A DNA stretch of 32,000 nt from Opitutales bacterium (GCA_965219535.1 CBDCNV010000001.1:270001-302000), one strand, 5' to 3'; positions 7,790 through 15,854 are shown, counted from the first letter of the stretch. Numbers and translations are program-made. Notes: generated by a model not told the origin, from the sequence alone.

Positions 7790-8554
7790 CTATGGTCGAT
7801 TGAATGCATCTACCGCGGCTTTGATAGCATTTCTAACTAAATAATAGTCGGGACCGTAACCTAAAAAGGTCATACCCTGTGCCTGACGTTGTTTTAAATC
7901 CTCGGGAGAGTTAGATCCGATTCCAATCGCGACTCCATTCTTTTTACCGATTTCCAGCGCACGTTCTATTACTGCGTCTGTTTCCGGGAATGGCATTTCC
8001 ATAGGGTTAAACCCCATGGAGAAACACAAATCCCACATTCCCAGGTAAAGGGCGTCAAGACCAGGGACAGAAGTAATCTCTTCCAGATTCTCTACGGCTT
8101 CTTTTGTCTCGAGGAGTCCAGTGACGAGAATATTGTCATTGGCCCGTTTAATATAATCATCTTCGTCGAGGGTATACTTGCTGGCACGCATCGGACCCCA
8201 TCCACGCGTACCGTGCGGAGGGTAGCGAGTAGCGGCCACAATTTTTTCTACTTCAGCTGCGGTTTTTAGCATGGGAACAAGAATTCCCATTGCGCCCATA
8301 TCCAAGGCTCGCTGAATAAAGACGTAGTCATGTGAAGGGACGCGGACAATAGGTATAGTCTCCGTGCCCTTTATGGCCATTAGCATGTGTTCAATTTCAG
8401 CTGAATCCAGACCGTTGTGTTCGGTCTCAATGACCAGATAGTCGAGGCCGACATTGGATAAAAGTTCAGCAAGGTTGGGGCTGCCTAAACCCATGAAAGT
8501 GCCGAGAGCCGCTTGACCCGCATTTAATTTTTCTCGTGTCCTGTTTGTCTGCAT
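7790..8554 (-). CDS. HpcH/HpaI family 2-keto-3-deoxy/4-hydroxy-2-oxoacid aldolase
   Basis: The family signature begins at MQTNRTREKLNAGQAALGTFMGLGSPNLAELLSNVGLDYLVIETEHNG. I chose the ATG at complement 8552-8554. The track ORF start at 8614 would overlap the upstream gene by 34 nt and add 20 non-conserved residues. Confidence 0.8.
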   Translation of the reverse strand: MQTNRTREKLNAGQAALGTFMGLGSPNLAELLSNVGLDYLVIETEHNGLDSAEIEHMLMAIKGTETIPIVRVPSHDYVFIQRALDMGAMGILVPMLKTAAEVEKIVAATRYPPHGTRGWGPMRASKYTLDEDDYIKRANDNILVTGLLETKEAVENLEEITSVPGLDALYLGMWDLCFSMGFNPMEMPFPETDAVIERALEIGKKNGVAIGIGSNSPEDLKQRQAQGMTFLGYGPDYYLVRNAIKAAVDAFNRP

Positions 8555-8580
8555 AAGTTTTAATAGAATTAACGTTTTAT

Positions 8581-9111
8581 TTAATAATCTTCCAACGCTT
8601 TTGCCGTCGCCCATTCATAATGATGCGGCGCCTGTGCCCCGGTTCCCATTTCGTTCAATTCGAGCAGATTGCCATCCGGATCATAGAAAAACAATACATG
8701 CCAGTCTCCCTCTCCGGAGAAACTTACGGGGGGCGAGACAAACTCAACCCCTTCTGCTTTGAGCCTTTCGTAAGTGGCCGGCACATTTTCTACCCCAAAA
8801 CAGAAATGGGCGCTGGGCACATGGTGAAGAGGATAGCGATCGACTGGACTTTCGGGATTTATCCATTGTATAATATCAAAGGTAAAGCCGGGTCCTTTAT
8901 TTCTATTGTGACCATGGACCCCGCCTTTGGGACGCAGGCGGTACTCACGCATGTGCACCTTGGGCATGTTTACCATTACCGATATTGGCCCGTCGTTGTG
9001 TTCTTCCGGGGATACGACTTCAAGCCCCAGCAAGTCACGATAGAAGTGGAGCGACTTTTCAATATCTTTTACCATGACAGCTACATGGTCCATTGTAATT
9101 ACCATACTCAT
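8581..9111 (-). CDS. VOC (glyoxalase/bleomycin-resistance/extradiol dioxygenase) family protein
   Basis: 176 aa. MDHVAVMVKDIEKSLHFYRDLLGLEV ... FFYDPDGNLLEL is the typical paired beta-alpha-beta-beta-beta VOC signature. Confidence 0.75.
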   Translation of the reverse strand: MSMVITMDHVAVMVKDIEKSLHFYRDLLGLEVVSPEEHNDGPISVMVNMPKVHMREYRLRPKGGVHGHNRNKGPGFTFDIIQWINPESPVDRYPLHHVPSAHFCFGVENVPATYERLKAEGVEFVSPPVSFSGEGDWHVLFFYDPDGNLLELNEMGTGAQAPHHYEWATAKALEDY

Positions 9112-9278
9112 TTTATGATCCCTTTCTTTAATATTTAGATTAATTAATAAATACCTCTAATTAAATTATTCCATAAAGTGAAAAATTAATGGGGGTTTTT
9201 TTCAATAGGATTCATATTATAGGTAAATATGCCCTTGGATTAAATAAGTTGATTACAACAAGCGAATCCGCGGTGTCT

Positions 9279-10253
9279 TCAATAAACTTTATCGGTCTCT
9301 CCTGGTTCCTTGGTTTCTTCATCAGTAATGTAGGAAGCACTCGTGCTATATATAGATCGTTGTTTGTCGACGGACCTTTCAATTGCTTTCAGAAAATTTA
9401 ACTGCTTCTCTAAAACTTCCTGTAAATCCGGCTTTGATGTAGAATCATCACTGCTTTCCCGATAAGACAATTCTCGAGGGATCAAGGGCATATAGATAGA
9501 GAGGTAACCATCAAAATTAATTTCCTTAAGAATCTTTATAATCGTGTAATAGTCAGCGTGACCCTCGCCCAAATAATAATGATTGGTTTCATTCATGTGC
9601 ATGACTTTGATTCGCTTACCTGCCGCGATGAGGGCATCGGGGATGGAAGCCTCGGCGATATTCATGTGATAAATATCGGGTTGAATGCCCAGATTGGGCA
9701 GTCCCAGATCATTTATCAGGTTGATTGCATCGTAGACCGAAGTTAGGACCCCGGGATAAGCTTCATAGCGATTCAATGGCTCGAAGAGGACAGTAATATT
9801 TTGCCTGGCTGCATATTCGCAGATTTCCCTTGAGGATTCGAGAAAGTTACTTCTCAAAGTATGAAGCGGCAACTTGGGAAAGGGAATTTGCGGGATAGGA
9901 GTTTGCGCGGAGCAAATTTCAAAATACCGCGCACCGAGGGTAGAAGCGAGGTCGATACAGGTTTTACCATATTCGATTCCTCTCCTTCTTGCTTTCGCAT
10001 CATCACCCGCAAGGTCTCTGCTTTCTCCCGCGTGATGAAAAGCCCAGGCTCCCTGCACTTCAGCCACCTCGAGCCCGGTAGTGCCGATAAACTGCATGAG
10101 TTCACGGACATTGATTTTCTGCGGATCACCGGGAATATCGACTGCGTCAAACCCCGCGCCCTTGATAGCCTCAAGAACCATTTGCGGAGTCTCAATTATA
10201 CTATATCCGAGTCTTCTTACGGTGTCAGAAATGGCAGAATATTTAAACGGCAT
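9279..10253 (-). CDS. Xylose isomerase-like TIM-barrel protein, paralog 3 (about 25-aa C-terminal tail)
   Basis: 324 aa. MPFKYSAISD.., FEPLNRYEAYPG, GIQPDIYHMNIAE, VMHMNETNH. Collinear with the ORFs at 4875 and 5810. Confidence 0.8.
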   Translation of the reverse strand: MPFKYSAISDTVRRLGYSIIETPQMVLEAIKGAGFDAVDIPGDPQKINVRELMQFIGTTGLEVAEVQGAWAFHHAGESRDLAGDDAKARRRGIEYGKTCIDLASTLGARYFEICSAQTPIPQIPFPKLPLHTLRSNFLESSREICEYAARQNITVLFEPLNRYEAYPGVLTSVYDAINLINDLGLPNLGIQPDIYHMNIAEASIPDALIAAGKRIKVMHMNETNHYYLGEGHADYYTIIKILKEINFDGYLSIYMPLIPRELSYRESSDDSTSKPDLQEVLEKQLNFLKAIERSVDKQRSIYSTSASYITDEETKEPGETDKVY

Positions 10254-10267
10254 CTGACGGATTCAGG

Positions 10268-11308
10268 TTAAGCAGAATTCACCTCTGCTGGATTTCCGGT
10301 TTTCATTGATTCATAAACGGCATCGATGACCCGCATATTACCAAGACTGAATTCAGGCGGTATACGATGCGGGATGTTCGTCTCGAGGCACTCAACCAAG
10401 TGGTCGAGCTGCATGGCAAACTGGTCAATGGGAGTGAAGCTGAGAATTTCCTTTTCGAAGTTGTCATAAAATATCTCGAGAGTAGCTGGTAAATCTTCCT
10501 TCTCGACAAATTCCTGTTCTCTTACACTGCGTTGATCAAAGGGCAAATCAGCGCGTATCCAACCGTTCATGCCGAGCACCTCTGTTGCCTGGCAGTAACC
10601 GTACTGGTAGCTGGAGGTTAATTTTGCGGTCGCGCCCCCGGGAAACTCAAGCATGATCGCCGCCGACATATCGGCATCGGATGCTTCAATATAATTTCCT
10701 ACTGCATAAACCCGATGGGGCTCCTCCCCAATGATAAGTCGCGAGAAATGTATGATGTAGGAGGCGGTGTCATAAACGGATCCCCCGCCGCGTTGGCGTT
10801 CATATCGCCAGTTGTCGGGCTCGGCAAAGCGAACGAGGGGAGATGAAAAAGTGCTTTGAACCGACATAACATTGCCAATGCGGCCGGAGTCGATGATCTC
10901 TTTTATACTTACATGTTGTGGATCATGTCTCCATTTGAATCCCTCCGCTAACAAGACATTATTTCCGCGTGCGGCGGCAATCATCGCTTCGCACTCAGGG
11001 GCATTACTGGAGATGGGTTTTTCACAGAGGATGGCTCGGACATTTCCCGAAACTGCAGCGGCCACACTAACTTCCGCGTGCGACGGCCCCCAGGTGGCTA
11101 CAATAACAATATCGAGCTGCTCTTTTTTGAGAAAAGCATCCAGATCGGTATAGCGATTTGAAATATTGAATCGGTCGCCAAATACAGCCAGGGCATCAGG
11201 CGAAAGATCACAGACCGCAGTTAATTCAACTTTTGCATTATTCTGGCAAGTTACGGCATGATCCAGGGCGATAGTCCCAGTGCCAATTATTCCTGCTTTT
11301 AAAACCAT
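10268..11308 (-). CDS. Gfo/Idh/MocA family NAD(P)-dependent oxidoreductase
   Basis: 346 aa. N-terminal Rossmann stretch AGIIGTGTIALDHA. Conserved LCEKPIS (EKP) motif. Confidence 0.85.
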   Translation of the reverse strand: MVLKAGIIGTGTIALDHAVTCQNNAKVELTAVCDLSPDALAVFGDRFNISNRYTDLDAFLKKEQLDIVIVATWGPSHAEVSVAAAVSGNVRAILCEKPISSNAPECEAMIAAARGNNVLLAEGFKWRHDPQHVSIKEIIDSGRIGNVMSVQSTFSSPLVRFAEPDNWRYERQRGGGSVYDTASYIIHFSRLIIGEEPHRVYAVGNYIEASDADMSAAIMLEFPGGATAKLTSSYQYGYCQATEVLGMNGWIRADLPFDQRSVREQEFVEKEDLPATLEIFYDNFEKEILSFTPIDQFAMQLDHLVECLETNIPHRIPPEFSLGNMRVIDAVYESMKTGNPAEVNSA

Positions 11309-11336
11309 GATGGTGCTTATCGAAATTTAAAATGAA

Positions 11337-12083
11337 CTACATTGTGGTATATCCACCATCAGCAACCATCACTGATCCGGTAACAAAGGATGCTTCATCG
11401 CTGGCGAGGAAAAGCACGGCGCGTGCCACCTCGATTGGTTCCGCGAAACGCTTTTGCACATTTAAGTTGTAATAGGGCTCAAGTTTTTCTTTGGGAATGC
11501 CCTGGATTAAAGGGGTATTCATCGATCCCGGGCAAATGGCATTAACGCGAATATTGTCGGGGGCGTGGTCGATGGCCATGGATCGCACCAGCCCGATGAC
11601 ACCGTGTTTACTCGCGTTATAAGATGCCTGCATGCCATTGCCTACTAATCCCGAAAGAGATGATACACAAATAATATTACCGCCGCCGTTTTTTTTCATC
11701 TGGGGGATCGCATATTTTGAGCAGAAAAACATGCTCTTTAAATTTGTGTCGAGGACAAAGTCCCACTCATCTTCGGTTGTCTCGACAATGTTCTTATTGA
11801 CTTGAACACCGACGTTATTGACAAGGATATCCAGTCTTCCGAACTGCTTCCTGGCCACGTGAACCATATTTTCTGCATCCACTTCTTTTTGCACGTCTGA
11901 ATGGATAAATGTTGCTTCACCTGTAGTTTCATGAATTTTCGCGGCCGTTTCCTCTCCTGCTTTTTGATTTATATCAGCAACAATGATCTTCGCCCCTTCT
12001 GAAGCGAAGAGAATGGCCAACGATTCACCTAACCCCATCCCGGCCCCGGTAATAATGGCAACTTTGTCTATTAGGCGCTTCAT
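11337..12083 (-). CDS. Short-chain dehydrogenase/reductase (classical SDR)
   Basis: 248 aa. ITGAGMGLGE (TGxxxGxG), NNVG, and catalytic S...YNASKHG (YxxxK). Confidence 0.9.
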   Translation of the reverse strand: MKRLIDKVAIITGAGMGLGESLAILFASEGAKIIVADINQKAGEETAAKIHETTGEATFIHSDVQKEVDAENMVHVARKQFGRLDILVNNVGVQVNKNIVETTEDEWDFVLDTNLKSMFFCSKYAIPQMKKNGGGNIICVSSLSGLVGNGMQASYNASKHGVIGLVRSMAIDHAPDNIRVNAICPGSMNTPLIQGIPKEKLEPYYNLNVQKRFAEPIEVARAVLFLASDEASFVTGSVMVADGGYTTM

Positions 12084-12274
12084 TGGATGACAAGTGATAG
12101 CACTTTAAGTCTCAGGGCGAAAGTTATTATTTCCGAAACCTGATAATTTATTGTCTTCGCGCAGAAATAATTGGATCGCTACCTGATTTTGAGTCAATAG
12201 TGTTTAAGTTCGTGAACATTAAGCAGTCACTCACCTTTTCATCAGTTACATCCTTGCTGCTTAGAACTAAAAAT

Positions 12275-12320
12275 ATAGCTTATCCCGATAAACTAATAGC
12301 TACCCCGATACCCCGAAATA
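12275..12320. promoter_or_regulatory. Direct repeats ATAGCT(T)A(T/C)CCCGATA spaced 21 bp apart, plus a third CCCCGAAATA half-unit, in a divergent promoter region
   Basis: 12275-12290 ATAGCTTATCCCGATA, 12296-12310 ATAGCTACCCCGATA, 12311-12320 CCCCGAAATA. They lie between the divergent SDR operon and the MFS gene. Confidence 0.3.
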
Positions 12321-12488
12321 TATGGTGAAATCCATAAACATTAAATTGCCGTCATTAGGTGCTGTCACGGCATTCGGGGGTAGTGCGAATGGGAGCGGAG
12401 TTGTAATGTATGCCAGGAACCTGATCATTCGTCATTTGTATACGCTTCGTTCAGACCGTATTGAAAAGGGAAGAGGGATTAATTCATC

Positions 12489-13649
12489 ATGAAAGACAAT
12501 ACGCTGCGTTTAGTCGTATTATTATTGATGAGTTGTTTGCCCCCTATTACGGGGGCGCTTGTGATTCCTGCTTTGCCAAAAATCCTGAATTCTTTTGAGG
12601 GTGAAGCGCATGCCGAATTGTTAGTCAGATTATTTTTAACCATGCCTTACCTTTTTACGGCGATTGGTGCACCGCTTGCGGGATTTATCATCGACCGATT
12701 TGGGCGTAAGCGATTACTTATCGGATCCGTTTTACTTTTTGGATTGAGCGGTACTACAGGTTGTTATCTGGATTCACTTTACATGCTGATTGCGGGAAGA
12801 GCAATTCTTGGATTGGCCGTGGGGGGGATCAGTACTGCGTGCATAGCCTTGATCGCGGATTACTATGAAAGCGAAAAACGTCAAAAAATCATAGGTATGC
12901 AGGTTTCCTGTATGAGCTTTTTCACGATGATATTTTTAGTTTTGGGTGGAGCACTGGCTGATTTCAGCTGGCGATATTCATTTTACTTATATGGCATCGC
13001 GTTTTTTTTCTTACCGGTGAGCTATTATTTCATTACCGAACCCCGTCGGGGAAAAACTCATGAAGTCAGTGAAAGTATACCTGTTAACGAGTTATTCCCC
13101 TATATAAAGATCATTTCTATCTATGGCCTGACTTTTATAATAACAGCGGCTTCATTCCTCACAGGGATTTTATTTCCCTTCTTTGCCGAGGAGTTATCAG
13201 TGACGAGTAGTACGCAATTAGGACTGTCAATGGCTTTGTCTACGCTTTGTATTACAATAGTTGCTTCACGTTATGGAATGATTAAAAGCAGATTCAGCTT
13301 TATCGGAATCATAACCGCTTCTATTTACTTAACTTCTCTCGGATTTATTGTCCTCTACTTATCGACAAATTTTACACTGGCGATCTTAGGATTGCTTTTT
13401 ATGTCGATTGGAATGGCGCTATTTTTACCAAACATTAACCTCTGGGTGAATACGGTATCACCGGAAGCTTATCGCGGCAGAGCGATTGGAGGTCTCACGA
13501 CCTGTCATTTTTTAGGAAGATTTTTTTCACCGTTTATCGCTCAACCGTTAACCGATCAATTTGGTCTATCTACAACATTCGGGATTGTAAGTGGATTTTT
13601 ATTAATTTTCGGCACTGTAATTTACTTTGTCAGTTTGCGCATCCGCTAA
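12489..13649 (+). CDS. Major facilitator superfamily transporter, substrate unknown
   Basis: 386 aa and highly hydrophobic, with about 12 predicted helices. MFS loop motif GFIIDRFGRKRLL between TM2 and TM3. Confidence 0.8.
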   Translation: MKDNTLRLVVLLLMSCLPPITGALVIPALPKILNSFEGEAHAELLVRLFLTMPYLFTAIGAPLAGFIIDRFGRKRLLIGSVLLFGLSGTTGCYLDSLYMLIAGRAILGLAVGGISTACIALIADYYESEKRQKIIGMQVSCMSFFTMIFLVLGGALADFSWRYSFYLYGIAFFFLPVSYYFITEPRRGKTHEVSESIPVNELFPYIKIISIYGLTFIITAASFLTGILFPFFAEELSVTSSTQLGLSMALSTLCITIVASRYGMIKSRFSFIGIITASIYLTSLGFIVLYLSTNFTLAILGLLFMSIGMALFLPNINLWVNTVSPEAYRGRAIGGLTTCHFLGRFFSPFIAQPLTDQFGLSTTFGIVSGFLLIFGTVIYFVSLRIR

Positions 13650-13760
13650 ACGAAGTGGCTTCATTCTTTTAGAAATGAACATTGGTCTTGCGCAGTTTAG
13701 CGACCGGAGGTATTATAAGAGAACCTTTAGGATATAAAGTTATAGCTCATTTTTTGAATC

Positions 13761-14537
13761 ATGATGTGGAGATTATTTGGCACTCTTTTTTTCGGAACGC
13801 TCCTTGGGTTTAGTCCACTGGAGGTGTTCGCTCGTAATTGGACAACGGCTGACGGTAAAACGCTGGACGCGGAAATCGTCAGTTACAAGGGGGGTATACT
13901 CATCCTGAAAAAAGATGAAGGGGGAAAAGTTCTCTATTCGATAAAACAGTTGTCGCCTGAAGACCAGGCTTACGTACGTGCAAAATTTCCTGACGGAGAC
14001 AAGAAACCGACAGTTTCTCGTAAACCGTTAAATCCCCAACCGGTCAAACCGAAGGTCACAACCCCGGTGAGAAAAACCCAGCTTCCAAAAGAGAATCCGA
14101 TACCTTCAAGACTGCTCAATTACAAACCAGGAGATATCGCGCCTAATGTCGGTGGAGTGATCTATGGCACTCCGGATTCAATCACTTTATCACAACTTCG
14201 GGGTAAGCTTGTGCTGGTCGATTTCTGGGCTACCTGGTGTCCCCCCTGTCAAAAAGACATGCCTCAAGTAGTACAAATTTATAATCGCTATAAAAACAAA
14301 GGTTTTGAAATTATCGGTGTAAGCCTGGATAAAAATTACAGCGCCCTTAAAAAGTTCAAGGACCAGTACGGAATGACCTGGCCCATGGCACAGGACAAGT
14401 TCAAAATGATAAGTAAAAAATGGGGAGTTGAGACGATACCTACGATGGTACTAATTGACCAGAATGGGGTCATTATTTCCGATCGCCTTTATTCCCGAAA
14501 TCTCGAATCTTATATTCGAAAGCACCTCGGGTTATAA
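13761..14537 (+). CDS. Secreted TlpA-like thiol:disulfide oxidoreductase with an N-terminal SHD1-like domain
   Basis: 258 aa. Signal peptide (..LGFSPLEVFA). SHD1-like pattern RNWTTADGKTLDAEIVSYKGGILILKKDEGGKVLYSIKQLSPEDQAYV. Pro/Lys-rich linker. Thioredoxin fold with VDFWATWCPPCQ. Confidence 0.8.
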   Translation: MMWRLFGTLFFGTLLGFSPLEVFARNWTTADGKTLDAEIVSYKGGILILKKDEGGKVLYSIKQLSPEDQAYVRAKFPDGDKKPTVSRKPLNPQPVKPKVTTPVRKTQLPKENPIPSRLLNYKPGDIAPNVGGVIYGTPDSITLSQLRGKLVLVDFWATWCPPCQKDMPQVVQIYNRYKNKGFEIIGVSLDKNYSALKKFKDQYGMTWPMAQDKFKMISKKWGVETIPTMVLIDQNGVIISDRLYSRNLESYIRKHLGL

Positions 14538-14544
14538 GGAGATA

Positions 14545-15183
14545 TTAATTGGCAAAGGCAGCACGAATATCGCGAACTGCCGCCGCGGTATCCTGAGCGC
14601 ATAGCACATCGGAGACGACAACAACGCGTACTGCCCCTGCATCCTTTATTTCTCCGAGATTATCGCGGGTGATGCCGCCAATACTAAATAAGGGAAGATC
14701 TGTTTTCAGCCGCGATACCGTCCGTAGCAGGTTCAATCCAACGGGGTTATATTCTGGTTTAGTCATTGTAGCGAAGACAGGTCCAATACAGAAGTAGTTG
14801 AGAATATTACGGTGGGAGATTGCATTTTCGGCTTGCTCTAAGGAGTGTGAAGAGAGCCCAAGGAGACGATCAGTTCCCATTCGCTTTCGCGCTTCCAGGG
14901 GGGATGTATCCTCTGGCCCAATATGTAATCCTAAATTTGGGTATTTCAAAGCAAGTTCAAGATCGTCGTTAATGACCAGTCTTTCCAATTTATTCTTAAA
15001 GAGAGGCAGAATATTTTCCAGAAGTTGAATGCGTTCATCGTGGGATTCTTTTTTCGCGCGTAGCTGTACAATGTCCGCTCCACCATCAAGTAGTGCCTGG
15101 CATTTTTCTACCCATTGATCGGATTTTACATAGGCGGTATCGAGAATACCATAAAACCGAGCGTGTTGTGGATCATAGGACAT
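14545..15183 (-). CDS. thiE: Thiamine-phosphate synthase
   Basis: The family signature starts at MSYDPQHARFYGILDT..., followed by GADIVQLRAKK and ..PLFSIGGI. I chose the ATG at complement 15181-15183. The track start at 15276 adds 31 non-conserved residues. Confidence 0.85.
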   Translation of the reverse strand: MSYDPQHARFYGILDTAYVKSDQWVEKCQALLDGGADIVQLRAKKESHDERIQLLENILPLFKNKLERLVINDDLELALKYPNLGLHIGPEDTSPLEARKRMGTDRLLGLSSHSLEQAENAISHRNILNYFCIGPVFATMTKPEYNPVGLNLLRTVSRLKTDLPLFSIGGITRDNLGEIKDAGAVRVVVVSDVLCAQDTAAAVRDIRAAFAN

Positions 15184-15315
15184 GAGGGTAATTATTTTCA
15201 GATACAATCTTCGTTTACCAAATCCAACGCAAATTAAGATTCGTGTATAGCGATTTAATTCGCTTAAAAATCTCAATGAAGAAAAAGAGACGCTTCTTCG
15301 AAAACAGAAACAATA

Positions 15316-15819
15316 TTAATTTTCCGATTTAGTCCCGAGATCTGAAAGCTCCTGTGAATACTCGCTTTCGATTGATTCAGTGTCTGGAGGAGGGGTGGAA
15401 GATTCAGCATTGCCTATAAATCCGGTGACAATGACATTAATTTCTCCCAAATTTTCGATCCCCAGAATTTCACCTAAAGCATGGTTGAGCCTGTCCTGCA
15501 AATCTGAAGTTACATCACCAAGTTTAGAACCGGCCATCATTTGAATGCGAACTTCAATTTTCAATGTCCCGCCGCGGGTTTTTATGCGGGTTGAACATTT
15601 TCCAACTGTATCTGTTTGATCACATATTCGCTGGGCCAATTCACTGATCGCCGATCGTGTGATCATGATCTTACCGGATGTACTTTTAAAAGCAGTGAAA
15701 GATCGCGGCTGTCGCCGCGTCAAGAGCCACAAAATAAGAAGGAGGAAGAAAACGGCTACTCCGACCCAAAGGTAAGGTATATCGGGCAGGGATTCGAGGA
15801 CTTTATTAATGTATTCCAA
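15316..15819 (-). CDS. Membrane-anchored Asp23-related protein (AmaP-like)
   Basis: 167 aa. A single N-terminal TM (YLWVGVAVFFLLLILWLL) is followed by an Asp23-like segment (ITRSAISELAQRICDQTDTVGK...LKIEVRI) and an acidic tail. Lies directly downstream of an Asp23 gene. Confidence 0.5.
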   Translation of the reverse strand: MEYINKVLESLPDIPYLWVGVAVFFLLLILWLLTRRQPRSFTAFKSTSGKIMITRSAISELAQRICDQTDTVGKCSTRIKTRGGTLKIEVRIQMMAGSKLGDVTSDLQDRLNHALGEILGIENLGEINVIVTGFIGNAESSTPPPDTESIESEYSQELSDLGTKSEN

Positions 15820-15854
15820 AGGTATTTATCCGGTTTTTATCTTAAATGAATTTA

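Noticed and set aside
8620-10271. Long antisense ORFs 8620-9138 (172 aa) and 9861-10271 (136 aa)
   Set aside because: They lie fully antisense to the VOC and TIM-barrel genes, whose family motifs are clear. Their sequences look like mirror-frame artefacts, rich in reversed-codon residues, with no recognisable domain.
12374-12475. TPP-riboswitch-like fragments upstream of the MFS gene (GGGGTAGTGC ... GAACCTGATC ... AAGGGAA)
   Set aside because: The invariant CUGAGA and the ACCC pairing partner are absent. No P4/P5 hairpin can be drawn after CCTGATC. The resemblance is superficial and would need a covariance-model scan to revisit.
14538-14544. Convergent TlpA-like and thiE genes separated by only 7 bp
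   Set aside because: This implies overlapping 3-prime UTRs, but no structure or motif is visible. It is a common arrangement in compact genomes.
15184-15315. Possible TPP riboswitch upstream of thiE
   Set aside because: No CTGAGA or ACCTGATCTGGATAATGCCAGCG-type cores occur on the minus strand. Only a weak 6-bp GAAGAA/TTCTTC stem is present.
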